DNA of 64,000 nucleotides from an uncultured Alphaproteobacteria bacterium (GCA_963829315.1 CAWHIO010000027.1:2976-66975); one strand, 5' to 3'. Shown: positions 29,361 to 41,015, counted from the first letter of the stretch. Program-made: numbers and translations. Notes: generated by a model not told the origin, from the sequence alone.

Positions 29361-31235
29361 ATGAATCGTCATGAACGCCGGGCAGCCGCCCGCAAATCGC
29401 AGACCGCTCCGAACGCTAGCGACGGGGACACCGCTGATGCGCTCCACGAGGCCGGCCTCCGCTACATGGGAGCCGGGCGTCATCTGGACGCACAACGCTG
29501 CTGCCAGCAGGCTCTTGAACTCGATGCCGGGCACGCGGGTACGCTCCAGCTCATGGGCCTGCTTTCCCTCCACACCAAACAATACGATGCCGCTATTGAA
29601 TGGGTCGGTCGCGCCAATCGGGCAGATCCCACGACACCTTATCTTGCGAGCCTCGGCGCCGCTTTGGAACAACAGGGGCTCCATGAAGAAGCTCTGAAGG
29701 CCTTCAACAAGGCGACGCAGATCACGCCTGACGATGCCGAGTTGTGGACGAAACTCGCCAACGTCCTGATCCTGTTGCGACGCCCGGACCAGGCGATCTG
29801 GACCTATGAACATGCGCTCAAGCTTGACCCGCGCTACTGGTACGCAGCTTACAACTACGCGATCGTTCTGCTCCAGTTGCAGCGCTTCGAACAGGCTCTT
29901 GTCTACTTGAACCGGTGTGACGAACTGCAGCTCAACCGCGTCCTGACCCTCAATGGACGCAGCGTGGCGCTGCGCAACCTTAATCGATTTGAGGAAGCGC
30001 TGTCCGACGGCAGGCAGGCACAGGCACTGGATCCGACGAATGCCGACACATGCAACAATATCGGTGCCGCTCTGCAGAAGCTCGCCCGCCACGAGGAGGC
30101 GCTGGAATGGTTCGACCGGGCCCTCGCCCTGCAACCGGACTTGGTGGCGGCTCTTAACAACAAGGCCTCCGCGCTCGGTGAGGTTCTGAGGCTCGACGAA
30201 GCGATCATGGTGTACCGCCATGCAAAGAGGATCGATCCGGACAACGCCGAGACCGGCTGGAATCTCGCCCTCCTTCAGTTGCTGAACGGTGATTTTGAAG
30301 CCGGCTGGCGGGGGCGCGAAGCGCGGTGGAAGGTATCGTCTCTTGGGGTTGCGGCCGCCTATCCGAAATTCGCTCAACCCATGTGGCTCGGAGACGAAAA
30401 TATCGAAGGCAAGACAATTCTTCTCTGTGCGGATGAAGGCGTGGGAGACACAATTCAGTTTGTGCGCTACGCGCCGATGTTGGCAGCCCGGGGCGCGCGC
30501 GTCATTCTCCTTCCGCAGGAGTCGTTGTATCCGCTGCTTTCGGGGTTGCCCGGGGTCTCGCAGTGCTTGCCTAACCTGCGCGGGGGGCAACCGGCGTTCG
30601 ACATGCATTGTCCGATCACGAGCCTGCCGCTGGCCTTCCGGGCGACGCTCGAAACCATTCCAGCGCCGACATCGTATCTGCCGACACCTCCGCAGGATCG
30701 CCGGCAAGTCTGGGAGGGCCGCCTCGGCCACCACGACAGGTTGCGGGTCGGCCTGGTCTGGTCCGGCAATCCGAAACACAAGAACGATCGCAACCGATCG
30801 ATCCCGCTGAGTACGTTTTCAAGCATCCTTGACGCCGATGCGACCTTCGTGAGCCTGCAGAAGGACCCAAAGTCCGCCGACAAGGCAATCCTGCTCGAGC
30901 GAACCGACATCGTCGACCTGACCGCGCATCTCAGCGATTTTATGGAGACGGCGGCCTTGATCAGTTGCCTCGATCTGGTGATCACGGTGGACACCAGCGT
31001 GGCCCATCTCGCCGGCGCGCTCGGCCGTCCCACCTGGATATTGCTGCCGTACGCCCCCGACTATCGCTGGCTGCTCGATCGCGAGGACAGTCCCTGGTAT
31101 CCGACGGCGCGTCTGTTTCGGCAGGCGGCGACCCGCGAATGGCCAGGCGTTCTCGATCGCGCGCGCACCGAACTGATGGCGCTGATCGAAGATTGGAGGC
31201 ATCGCTCGATGCAGGGCGTAACGCCGGAACATTGA
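29361..31235 (+). CDS. TPR-repeat protein with a C-terminal GT-B (GT9-like) glycosyltransferase
   Basis: Multiple TPRs, then EGVGDTIQFVRY, VGLVWSG, DLVITVDTSVAHLAGA, SPWYPT. Confidence 0.9.
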   Translation: MNRHERRAAARKSQTAPNASDGDTADALHEAGLRYMGAGRHLDAQRCCQQALELDAGHAGTLQLMGLLSLHTKQYDAAIEWVGRANRADPTTPYLASLGAALEQQGLHEEALKAFNKATQITPDDAELWTKLANVLILLRRPDQAIWTYEHALKLDPRYWYAAYNYAIVLLQLQRFEQALVYLNRCDELQLNRVLTLNGRSVALRNLNRFEEALSDGRQAQALDPTNADTCNNIGAALQKLARHEEALEWFDRALALQPDLVAALNNKASALGEVLRLDEAIMVYRHAKRIDPDNAETGWNLALLQLLNGDFEAGWRGREARWKVSSLGVAAAYPKFAQPMWLGDENIEGKTILLCADEGVGDTIQFVRYAPMLAARGARVILLPQESLYPLLSGLPGVSQCLPNLRGGQPAFDMHCPITSLPLAFRATLETIPAPTSYLPTPPQDRRQVWEGRLGHHDRLRVGLVWSGNPKHKNDRNRSIPLSTFSSILDADATFVSLQKDPKSADKAILLERTDIVDLTAHLSDFMETAALISCLDLVITVDTSVAHLAGALGRPTWILLPYAPDYRWLLDREDSPWYPTARLFRQAATREWPGVLDRARTELMALIEDWRHRSMQGVTPEH

Positions 31236-31370
31236 CGATTCGAGACGAACGCCCGCGGCCGGCGCTTGCCAATCCGAAAGCGATGGGGCCTCGCGGCTTG
31301 ATCGGAAATCTTCTGTCCCCCCGCGCAACTTGTCGGGTGCGCGGAGGAATTTCGGTGCCGCGGTTGCGTA

Positions 31371-31991
31371 TTACAGCGGCTTGATCTCGACCTTGCGGAA
31401 CTTGACCACGCCCTTGTCGTTGGCGACGCCCTTGTCGTCCTTGAGGCCAAGGCCGTGCTGCAGGGCGATCCGGCCGTTGGCAAACTTGGCGTCCTGCGCG
31501 CCGTCGACGGTCTTCTGCCCGTTGAGGACGACGGTGAAGGTCGAGCCCTTCGCCGTGATCTCATAGACGTTCCATTTGCCGGCGGCCTTCGGCATCGGGG
31601 CGACCTTGGCGAGGTTCACGATCGCGCCGGTGCCGTAGCTTGGATCGGGGCGGGCATCCCAGATGTTCACCTCATAGGCGTTGTCGGCGCCGACCTTCTG
31701 GGGATCGGTGCAGCGAATGAAGATGCCGCTGTTGGAGTCGGGTTCGACCCAGAATTCGGCCCTGATCTGATAGTCGGCATAGGCGTTCTTGGTGACGAGA
31801 AAGCCGTTGCCCTTGTCGGCCACGACCACGCCGTCCTCGATCCGCCAGTTGGCGTCGCCGATCTTGTCGAAATTGTCGAGGTTCTTGCCGTCGAACAGCG
31901 TGACCCATCCGGTCTCGCTGGACGCCTGTGGCGAATACGAAAGCGCGGCGAAGCCCGTGAGAAGCAGCGCGATGGCGGACCGGCGATTTAT
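31371..31991 (-). CDS. DUF1080 / 3-keto-disaccharide hydrolase, secreted; apparent ATA start
   Basis: The frame stays open upstream through GWVTLFDGKNL and a signal peptide (NRRSAIALLL); NSGIFIR, YEVNI, GRIALQH, VKFRKVEIKPL. Confidence 0.85.
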   Translation of the reverse strand: MNRRSAIALLLTGFAALSYSPQASSETGWVTLFDGKNLDNFDKIGDANWRIEDGVVVADKGNGFLVTKNAYADYQIRAEFWVEPDSNSGIFIRCTDPQKVGADNAYEVNIWDARPDPSYGTGAIVNLAKVAPMPKAAGKWNVYEITAKGSTFTVVLNGQKTVDGAQDAKFANGRIALQHGLGLKDDKGVANDKGVVKFRKVEIKPL

Positions 31992-32278
31992 GTTGGTTTT
32001 CTCCCCATTTTGAAAATTGTTCTTGAGGCAAGGCTTGCTGATGTCCCCGCATGGCTGGATCGCCGGTCATGATAGCAGGCGGCGGGTTCCCCGGGAAGCC
32101 GCCGGAGCCTCCATCACAAATATGCAGCAAAACAACTCCGCGTGCCCGCCGGTCATAGCACCAAGAATAAGGCGGGCGCGGCGCGATGCGCCTTTGCCCA
32201 CGCTACAAACCCAGCGTCCGCGTCAGACAGAAGCCCCCTCGCCCGCGGCACGTGCCAGTCCGCGGGGCGCGCGCGCCC

Positions 32279-33562
32279 CTACCTCGCATTCGCCGGCGCG
32301 TGGACGTGCCACAAATCCGCGCGCCAGTTCAGTGCGATGCCCATCAGCAACGCGAGACCGGCGGCCGCATAGAGGGTCGCGGTCGCCGCAAAACCGACTT
32401 CGTCGATCAGCGCGCCTGCCGCCAGCAGCCCGAACGGCAGGCCATAGATCACCAGCATGCGCACGCCCATCACCCTGCCGCGAAAATGTTCCCTCGCGGT
32501 GCGCATCAGGATCACCGCGATGGAAATCATGCACAGGCTCTGCGCGAAGCCGATCAGCAGCAGGCACGCGATCGCGGCCGGCACGCTCTGCAGCTGCGCA
32601 AACACCAGCAGCATCGCATACCACATCACCGTCGCGCCGATCATCAGCCGCGCCACCCGGACTCCGCCGACCACGCTCAAGGCGATCGAACCCACCAATG
32701 AGCCGGCCGCGAAACTGGCCGACAGATATCCGAGCCCGGTCTGGCTGGTGCCATAAATCTCCCGCGCGATGTAGGGCAGCAAGCCGTTGGAAAAAGGATA
32801 GGCGGTCAGGTTGGCAAGGAACGCGACCCCGATCGCGGCGCGCATCGTCGGCGTGGTCCAGACATAGGCGACCCCTTCGCGGAGATCGCGCAGCGGGGAG
32901 CGCGGGCCACCGGCGGCCTCGTCGATCGGGTGCGGCTTCGATGGGGCCACGATGCAGAGCGTCAGCACGGTGGAGGCGGCATACAGGCCGACGATCGCCA
33001 TATAGGCCGGTCCGATGCCAAGGGCCGCCAGCAATCCGGCGCCACTCAGCGCGCCGGCGATGCGCGCGGTGTCCATCGTGGTTCTGGAGATGCTGATCGC
33101 CCCGATCAATTGGTCTGACGGCATGATGGTCGCGACCAGCGCGCCGCGCACGCCGAGATCGGACGGACGAACCAGGCCCATGACGGCCACGATGATCAGG
33201 ACATAGAGAGGGCTCAGATGAGCGGTCAGCGCCAGCATCATCAGGGTGGCGGCCAGCACCGAATAAGTCACCCGCATCATGGCGAGCAGATCGCGATGGC
33301 CGATGCGGTCGCCCGCCACGCCCAACATCGGCGCGATCAGGGTTCCGGTATAGCTGAGAGCGGCAAACACGGTCAGCAGCAGGACCGATCCGGTCTCGGT
33401 CAGCACATACCAGCCGAGGATCAGCGTCTCCATCTCGAAAGCCCACGAGGTGAGCAAGTCGGCCGGCCACTGGAAACGATAATTCCTGGTGCGGAAGGGT
33501 GCGAGCGCGGAAGGCCGCGCCAACCCGCTCAAATTTCGATGCCGCGGTTCATCGCGTTCCAC
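32279..33562 (-). CDS. MFS transporter
   Basis: About 12 TM segments, G.AGDRIG.R, RGRVMG. Confidence 0.88.
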   Translation of the reverse strand: MERDEPRHRNLSGLARPSALAPFRTRNYRFQWPADLLTSWAFEMETLILGWYVLTETGSVLLLTVFAALSYTGTLIAPMLGVAGDRIGHRDLLAMMRVTYSVLAATLMMLALTAHLSPLYVLIIVAVMGLVRPSDLGVRGALVATIMPSDQLIGAISISRTTMDTARIAGALSGAGLLAALGIGPAYMAIVGLYAASTVLTLCIVAPSKPHPIDEAAGGPRSPLRDLREGVAYVWTTPTMRAAIGVAFLANLTAYPFSNGLLPYIAREIYGTSQTGLGYLSASFAAGSLVGSIALSVVGGVRVARLMIGATVMWYAMLLVFAQLQSVPAAIACLLLIGFAQSLCMISIAVILMRTAREHFRGRVMGVRMLVIYGLPFGLLAAGALIDEVGFAATATLYAAAGLALLMGIALNWRADLWHVHAPANAR

Positions 33563-33704
33563 CCTGCCCGGTTTCTTGTTGATGCGAGAGTAACAGCCCT
33601 GCGGCAGCCGAGGCCAGCCCGTCGGATATCGCGAAAGCTCGAAGCCTGTGCGTGATCCAACTCAGCCGGCACTGAATTCTTTTGCACATGGCTCTATCGG
33701 CCCA

Positions 33705-33736
33705 TTGACACCCACCGGCGAATACTACCAGATGTA
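33705..33736 (+). promoter_or_regulatory. Sigma70-like promoter with a possible NrdR box
   Basis: TTGACA at 33705; TACCAGATGTAG over the -10 region loosely fits the NrdR consensus acaCwAtATaTwGtg. Confidence 0.4.
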
Positions 33737-33935
33737 GCTGTCACGGTCCGCCTTGTCGCAAAACTTGGTGGCTAAGAGGGAAGCCGGTGAACGCGATTGT
33801 TTCGCGAAATTCCGGCGCTGCCCCCGCAACTGTAAGCAGTGAGTTGCCCCCCGATTTTACGCCACTGATGCGGCACCGCATTGGGAAGGCAGGAGGGCGA
33901 CGACGACCTGCGAGCCAGGAGAACTGCCGCGACAC
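33732..33935 (+). ncRNA. Cobalamin (B12) riboswitch
   Basis: AAGAGGGAAGCCGGTG, TCCGGCGCTGCCCCCGCAACTGT, GCCACTG, GGGAAGGC and the B12 box GAGCCAGGAGAACTGCC. Confidence 0.93.
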
Positions 33936-34073
33936 CGAAGAAACGTCCACGGGCGGGGTGTCCCGGCGGTCGCATGCATCGTCATGCCGGCGTCTGCCGT
34001 CCATGCACCCTGCAGCGTCGCTCAAAGACACCCAGCCCCGAATTGCAACAACGCATCACCACGGGGTCTGCCG

Positions 34074-36977
34074 ATGTCATTGTCTCTCGATCGCGAAGCC
34101 GCCAAAGCCGTTCCCTTTGATCAATTGCGCCCCGAACCCCCTGCCGCGGCGAGGAGCGAACCGGGGATGCAGATCCTTCGCCGCAACGGAGCCGTGTCGC
34201 CGTTCGACGCCGCCAAGATATCGGTGGCGATGACCAAGGCGTTTCTCGCGGTGGAAGGACATACCGCCGCCGGCTCGCGCCGCGTGCACGAAGCGGTCGA
34301 GCAGCTCACCGCGGAAGTCGCCGGCGCGCTGACCCGAAGGGTCGGCGAAGGCCGCACCTTCCATATCGAAGACGTGCAGGATCAGGTCGAATTGGCGCTG
34401 ATGCGCAGCGAACATCACAAGGTCGCCCGCGCCTATGTGCTCTACCGCGAGGCGCGGGCCAAACGGCGCGCCGAGGCAAACGCGGTCCAGGCCGCCAACC
34501 CTTCGCAGCCGGCGCTGCATGTCACGCTCGCCGATGGCACGCGGGTGCCGCTCGACGAGGCGCGGCTGACTCTGATCGTCCGCGAGGCGTGCGCGGGACT
34601 GGACGGTGTCGATCCGGCGCCGATTCTCGCCGAAACGCGCCGCAATCTCTATGACGGAATCGGCCAGGACGAATTGGCGCTTGCGGGCATCATGGCGGCG
34701 CGCACGCTGGTGGAGCAGGAGCCGAACTACACCTATGTCAGCGCGCGGCTGTTGCTCGACCGGTTGCGAACCGAGGTGCTGTCGTTTGTGCATGCGGCGC
34801 CGGTCAATGCATCGCAGGCCGATATGGCGACGCGCTACGCCGAATATTTTCCGCTTTATGTCAGGACCGGGATCAGGGCCGAACTGCTCGATCCCGAACT
34901 GGCGCGGTATGATCTCGGCAGGATCGCCGCCGCGCTGCGGCCGGAGCGCGATCTGGCGTTTCAGTTTCTCGGCCTGCAGACGCTCTACGATCGCTACTTC
35001 CTTCACGCCGGGAGCCGTCGCATCGAACTGCCGCAGGCGTTCTTCATGCGGGTCGCGATGGGGCTGGCGATCCGCGAGATCGATCGCGACGCCCGCGCCA
35101 TCGAGTTCTATGACCTGCTCTCGTCGTTCGACTTCATGGCCTCGACGCCGACGCTGTTCAATTCGGGAACCCTGCGGCCGCAGCTTTCCTCCTGCTTCCT
35201 GACCACCGTCGCCGACGATCTCGACGGCATCTTCAAATCGATCAAGGATAACGCGCTGCTGGCCAAATACTCCGGCGGCCTCGGCAACGACTGGACCAGG
35301 GTGCGCGGCCTCGGCGCCCACATCAAGGGAACCAATGGCGACAGCCAGGGTGTCGTACCCTTCCTCAAAGTCGCCAACGATACCGCGGTGGCCGTCAATC
35401 AGGGGGAAAGCGCAAGGGCGCCGTCTGCGCCTATCTCGAGACCTGGCATATCGACATCGAGGAATTTCTCGACCTCCGCAAGAACACCGGTGACGACCGG
35501 CGTCGTACCCACGACATGAATACCGCGAACTGGGTGCCTGACCTGTTCATGCAGCGGGTCGAGGCCGACGCTGAATGGACGCTGTTCTCGCCGGATGAAA
35601 CGCCCGACCTGCACGATCTCTACGGCATGGACTTTGCCGAACGCTACGCCTTCTACGAGGCCAAGGCCGCGCGCGGCGAAATACGGGTATTCAGAAAGAT
35701 CCGCGCGACCGAGCTGTGGCGCAAGATGCTGACCATGCTGTTCGAGACCGGGCATCCCTGGATCACGTTCAAGGACCCCTGCAACTTGCGCTCGCCGCAG
35801 CAACATTGCGGCGTCATTCACTCGTCAAACCTGTGCACCGAGATCACGCTCAACACCTCCGACGACGAGGTCGCCGTGTGCAATCTCGGCTCGGTGAACC
35901 TCGCCAACCACGTTCAGGGCGGCGGGCTGGACGACGCGCGGCTCAAGCGCACGGTGACGATGGCGATGCGGATGCTCGATAACGTCATCGACATCAATTT
36001 CTATACCGTCCCCGAGGCGAGACGTTCGAACCTGCGGCACCGTCCCGTAGGCCTCGGACTGATGGGCTTTCAGGATGCGCTGCAGGCGCTACGGATCGCG
36101 ATGGCGTCGGAGGCGGCGGTAAAGTTCGCCGACAACAGCATGGAAGCGATCGCCTTCCACGCGATTTCGGCCTCGGTCGATCTTGCCGCCGAGCGCGGCC
36201 GCTATCCCTCGTTCGACGGCTCGCTCTGGAGCCGGGGAATCCTGCCGATCGATTCGATCGAGATTCTCGCGGCAGGCGCGCGGCGGCCTCGACATGGATC
36301 GTTCCACCACGCTGGACTGGAGCGACCTGCGCGCCCGGGTCAGGACCACGGGAATGCGCAATTCGAACGTCATGGCGATTGCGCCGACCGCGACCATCTC
36401 CAACATCTGCGGCGTGGCGCAGTCGATCGAGCCCGCCTACCAGAATCTCTACGTCAAATCCAACATGTCGGGCGATTTCACCGTGATGAACGCATCCCTG
36501 GTTCGCGACCTCAAGGCGAGTGGACTGTGGGACGAGGTGATGGTCAACGACCTGAAATATTTCGACGGCAGTATCGGCGGCATCGACCGCATTCCCCAAG
36601 ATCTCAAGGCGCTCTACGCCACCGCTTTCGAGATCGACAGCGTCTGGCTGATCGAAGCCGCCTCGCGCCGGCAGAAATGGATCGACCAGTCGCAATCGCT
36701 CAACCTCTACATTGCCAACCCCTCCGGCAGGAAACTCAGCACGCTCTACCGTCTGGCCTGGCTACGCGGCCTCAAGACCACCTATTACTTGCGCTCGCGC
36801 AGTGCGACCCACGTCGAGAAGTCGACATTGAAGGGCACCGACGGCAAGCTCAACAGCGTCTCGTCGCGGCAGGCAATGTCGGCGAACCCGCCGATCCGGA
36901 TTGAGTCGGCCGCGCCGGACCTCGCCAATGCCCTCGCCTGCTCCATCGACAATCCCTAATGTGAAGCCTGCCAGTAA
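34074..36977 (+). CDS. nrdA: Class I ribonucleotide reductase alpha subunit with two ATP cones (frameshifts ~35405 and ~36275; TAA at 36957)
   Basis: [44 protein letters not shown]; C-terminal CEACQ lies after the in-frame TAA. Confidence 0.92.
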
Positions 36978-37005
36978 GCCGGCGCGAATCCTGGGAACAA
37001 CAGCC

Positions 37006-38134
37006 ATGCTTGACTGGTCCGACACCACGACAGTTCCGCACCCGCCCGCGGCGCTCGTCCCGAATCCGGATAGCGCTGCCGAGAAAATCGGCCTCGACCC
37101 GATCGACCGCAGCGGCGGCCGGGTTTCGGTCGACGACAAGGCGATGATCAATTGCCGCGCCGACGTCAATCAACTGCTGCCGCTGAAATACAAATGGGCG
37201 TGGGAGAAATATCTCGCCGGCTGCAACAATCACTGGATGCCGACGGAGGTCTCGATGCGAGGCCGACATCGCGCTTTGGAAATCGCGCGACGGCCTGACC
37301 GAAGACGAGCGCCGCGCCATCAAACGCAATCTCGGATTCTTCGCAGCCTCCGAGAGCCTGGTCGCCGACAATATCGTGCTCGCGATCTACCGCCACCTCA
37401 CCAATCCGGAATGCCGCCAGTACCTGCTGCGGCAGTCCTTCGAGGAGGCGGTTCATACCCACACGTTCCAGTACATCGTCGAAAGCCTCGGCCTCGATGA
37501 AGGCGAACTGTTCAACATGTACCGGGAGGTGCCGTCGATCACGGACAAGGCGGCCTGGGCGCTCAAGCATACCCGGCACCTTGACGATCCCGGCTTCAGG
37601 ACCGGGACGCCCGAATCCGACCAGGCGTTTCTGCGCGACCTCGTGGCCTTCTATGTCATCTTCGAAGGGATGTGGTTCTACACCGGCTTTGCGCAAATCC
37701 TGTCGCTGGGCCGCCGCAACAAGATGGTCGGCATCGCCGAGCAATACCAGTACATCCTGCGCGACGAATCGGTCCATTTGAACTTCGGCATCGACGTCAT
37801 CAATCAGATCAAGATCGAGAATCCGCATCTCTGGACCCAACCATTCCAGCAGGAGATTCGCGCGATGATCACCACCGCCGCCGAATTGGAGGCGTCATAT
37901 GGCAGGGACACCATGCCGCGCGGCTTTCTCGGCCTCAATGCCTCGCTGTGCGAAACCTATATGCACTTCATCGCCAACCGCCGCTGCGCCCAGCTTGGAT
38001 TGGCGCGCGTGTTCGACGAGGCGGAAAATCCGTTTCCATGGATGTCGGAGGCGGTGGACCTCAAAAAGGAGAAGAACTTCTTCGAGACCAGGGTTATCGA
38101 GTACCAGAACGGCGGCGCGCTCGGGTGGGAGTAA
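37006..38134 (+). CDS. nrdB: Ribonucleotide reductase beta subunit, class Ic (R2c) signature (frameshift ~37258)
   Basis: [10 protein letters not shown] (Glu ligand), EEAVHTHTF (Phe at the radical-Tyr position), [18 protein letters not shown]. Confidence 0.9.
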
Positions 38135-38416
38135 AGCCCGCCATCCCCGGCCCCGGCGTTTTCCGGAAACAACCGCGCCGGTGGCGAGGTCCGACGCCGG
38201 GATGGTTAATCAAACCTTAAGCCCGCAGGCGGCGCCACCGCCCGTGGATCGACTGGAAACGCAGGTTTTCCCGGCAAAAGCGCTCCATCGAGACCGGTCG
38301 GGGTGGCACGCCTGGAACCGCCCCCCGGTGGAAAGATATCGCCGATTGACGACCCCGGCTTAACCGTTTGTGCAACGACTGACTGCATAGTTTCCCGTTG
38401 AAGCACGATTCACGAC

Positions 38417-40171
38417 ATGCCGGGTTCAAGCACTGTGACATCCTTCGGACGTGTGATTTTGGTGCGCGGATCGCTCGCGCGGGTCGGCCTTGTGTCGACG
38501 AACCCGACGATGGGTGTCTCGGAAATCCGGGCCACGGTTGGCCGCTTCGTCAGTATCCGCTGCGCGAATTCCACCATTGTCGCGATGATTACCGAAGTGT
38601 CGTGCGAAAATCTGCCGACCTCCGACAATTACATCGCCACCGCCTCGGTCGATCTGCTCGGCGAGATCCTCGGCGGACCGGAACGACAGAAATTCCAGCG
38701 CGGCGTCACCAACTATCCGGCGATCGGCGATGCCGTTGATCTGATCACCAATCAGGAACTGCGCACGGTCTACGCGCCGAGCGGAGCGGACCAGATCAAT
38801 ATCGGCACCCTGCAGCAGGATCCGTCCGTCATCGCCTATGTCGACGTCGAGGAAATGCTCTCCAAGCATTTCGCGGTGCTTGGTTCCACCGGCGTCGGCA
38901 AATCGACCGGCGTCTCGCTGCTGCTCAACGAGATCCTCAAGTCGCGGCCGAACCTGCGGATTTTCCTGCTCGACGTCCACAACGAGTACGGCCGCTGCTT
39001 CGGCGACCGCTCGCTGGTGCTCAATCCGCGCAATCTGAAGCTGCCGTTCTGGCTGTTCAATTTCGAAGAGATCGTCGATGTGTTGTTCGCCGGCCGGCCC
39101 GGCAACCCCGAGGAACTCGACATTCTCGCCGAGGTGATTCCGGCGGCGAAGGGACTCTATACCCAGTACCAGAACTCCGACCGGGGCGCGCTAAAACGCC
39201 CCGAAGCCAAGACGGTGGGCTACACCCTCGATACGCCGGTGCCCTATCGCCTGAACGACTTGAATTCGCTGATCGACGAGCGCATGGGCAAGCTCGAGAA
39301 CCGCTCCTCGCGCATCATCTATCACAAACTGCTCTCCCGCATCGAGACCGTGCGCAACGACCCGCGTTACGCGTTCATGTTCGACAACGCCAATGTCGGC
39401 GGCGACACCATGGCCGAGGTGATCAGCCACCTGTTCCGGCTACCCGCCAATGGCCGGCCGATGACCGTGATGCAGTTGGCCGGCTTTCCCGCCGAAGTCA
39501 TCGATTCCGTGGTGTCGGTGCTATGCCGCATGGCGTTCGATTTCGGGCTGTGGAGCGACGGTGTTTCGCCGATGCTGTTCGTCTGCGAAGAAGCCCATCG
39601 CTACGCGTCGGCCGACCGCAACATCGGGTTCGGGCCGACCCGCAAGGCGGTGTCGCGGATCGCCAAGGAAGGCCGCAAATACGGGGTCTATCTCGGCCTC
39701 GTCACGCAGCGTCCCGCCGAACTCGACGCCACCATCATTTCCCAGTGCAACACGCTGTTTACGATGCGCCTTGCCAACGAGCGCGACCAGGCGCTGCTGC
39801 GTTCGGCGGTTTCCGACGCCGCGGCGAACCTGCTGTCGTTCGTTCCCTCGCTCGGCACCCGCGAAGTGCTGGCGTTCGGCGAAGGCGTGGCGCTGCCGAC
39901 CCGGCTGCGCTTCAAGGAAGTGCCGGCGCATCAGTTGCCGCGCAGCGAAGCCACCATTTCGACGGTGCCGTCGGCGACCGCCGGCCACGATATGCATTTC
40001 GTCGGCGCCGTGCTCGAACGCTGGCGCGGCGCCACCTCCAATCGCGACGCCGCCAACGATCCCGGCATCAGCGAGCGGTCGGCCCCGCGCATGATGGAAG
40101 CGCCGATGCTGCAACCTTCGCTGGGGCTCGATCCCGACCGGTTTTCGCTATTGAAAAAGCCGCTGCGCTGA
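38417..40171 (+). CDS. HerA/DUF87-like ATPase
   Basis: HAS-barrel-like N-terminus, HFAVLGSTGVGKS, DVHNEY, EEAHRY, IAKEGRKYG, TQRP. Confidence 0.9.
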   Translation: MPGSSTVTSFGRVILVRGSLARVGLVSTNPTMGVSEIRATVGRFVSIRCANSTIVAMITEVSCENLPTSDNYIATASVDLLGEILGGPERQKFQRGVTNYPAIGDAVDLITNQELRTVYAPSGADQINIGTLQQDPSVIAYVDVEEMLSKHFAVLGSTGVGKSTGVSLLLNEILKSRPNLRIFLLDVHNEYGRCFGDRSLVLNPRNLKLPFWLFNFEEIVDVLFAGRPGNPEELDILAEVIPAAKGLYTQYQNSDRGALKRPEAKTVGYTLDTPVPYRLNDLNSLIDERMGKLENRSSRIIYHKLLSRIETVRNDPRYAFMFDNANVGGDTMAEVISHLFRLPANGRPMTVMQLAGFPAEVIDSVVSVLCRMAFDFGLWSDGVSPMLFVCEEAHRYASADRNIGFGPTRKAVSRIAKEGRKYGVYLGLVTQRPAELDATIISQCNTLFTMRLANERDQALLRSAVSDAAANLLSFVPSLGTREVLAFGEGVALPTRLRFKEVPAHQLPRSEATISTVPSATAGHDMHFVGAVLERWRGATSNRDAANDPGISERSAPRMMEAPMLQPSLGLDPDRFSLLKKPLR

Positions 40172-40295
40172 CGTCCGCCCGGCCTGTCTGACCCCGTATC
40201 CCCGCAGCCATGCTTCGCGCCGCGCTTTGCGCGAACGCGGCCATCGACTATGTTCTCGGTGCACCGCTTCGCATGAAACGACCGGGAATTTCGCC

Positions 40296-40874
40296 ATGAC
40301 GCAGCCCATCGCCAGACGCTTCCCGACGCCCTCCGTTGCGGCGCTGCCGGAAGATATCCGCACCCGCCTGCTCGCGGTGCAGGAAAAATCCGGCTTCATT
40401 CCGAACGTGTTCCTGACGCTGGCCTATCGGCCCGACGAATTCCGGGCGTTCTTTGCCTATCACGATGCCCTGATGGAAAGGGACAGCGGCCTGACCAAGG
40501 CCGAGCGCGAGATGATCGTGGTCGCGACCTCCAGCGCCAACCAGTGCCACTATTGCGTCATCGCGCACGGCGCGATCCTGAGAATCCGGGCAAAGAATCC
40601 GCAGATCGCCGACCAGATCGCCGTCAACTACCGCAAGGCGGATATCACGCCGCGCCAGCGCGCCATGCTCGACTTCGCCATGAAGGTGAGCAAGCAGGCG
40701 CATCTGATTTCGGAAGCGGATTTCGCCGATGTCGCCGGCCACGGCTTTTCCGACGACGACATCTGGGACATCGCCGCGATCGCCGCATTTTTCGCGTTGT
40801 CGAACCGGATGGCCAACGTCACTTCGATGCGCCCGAACGACGAGTTCTACATGATGGGGCGCCAGCCGAAATAG
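40296..40874 (+). CDS. Peroxidase-related enzyme (AhpD-like)
   Basis: GFIPNVF, EREMIVVATS.ANQCHYC..AHG. Confidence 0.9.
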   Translation: MTQPIARRFPTPSVAALPEDIRTRLLAVQEKSGFIPNVFLTLAYRPDEFRAFFAYHDALMERDSGLTKAEREMIVVATSSANQCHYCVIAHGAILRIRAKNPQIADQIAVNYRKADITPRQRAMLDFAMKVSKQAHLISEADFADVAGHGFSDDDIWDIAAIAAFFALSNRMANVTSMRPNDEFYMMGRQPK

Positions 40875-41015
40875 GCCGTCATCCGCCGATGCGAGACGCC
40901 AGAGCGGGATGAAATTAGGTTGAGCTGGCGCGGCACCAGAAGTCGTCCAGCTCTCCCATTGGGAGAGGTGAACCGGATCTGCCGCCAGACCGATTCAATC
41001 AAAATTCATCTCGCT

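Noticed and set aside
38417-40171. HerA ATPase as a defence system (Sir2-HerA, NurA-HerA)
   Set aside because: No partner nuclease or sirtuin is adjacent; the neighbours are RNR and a peroxidase-like gene.
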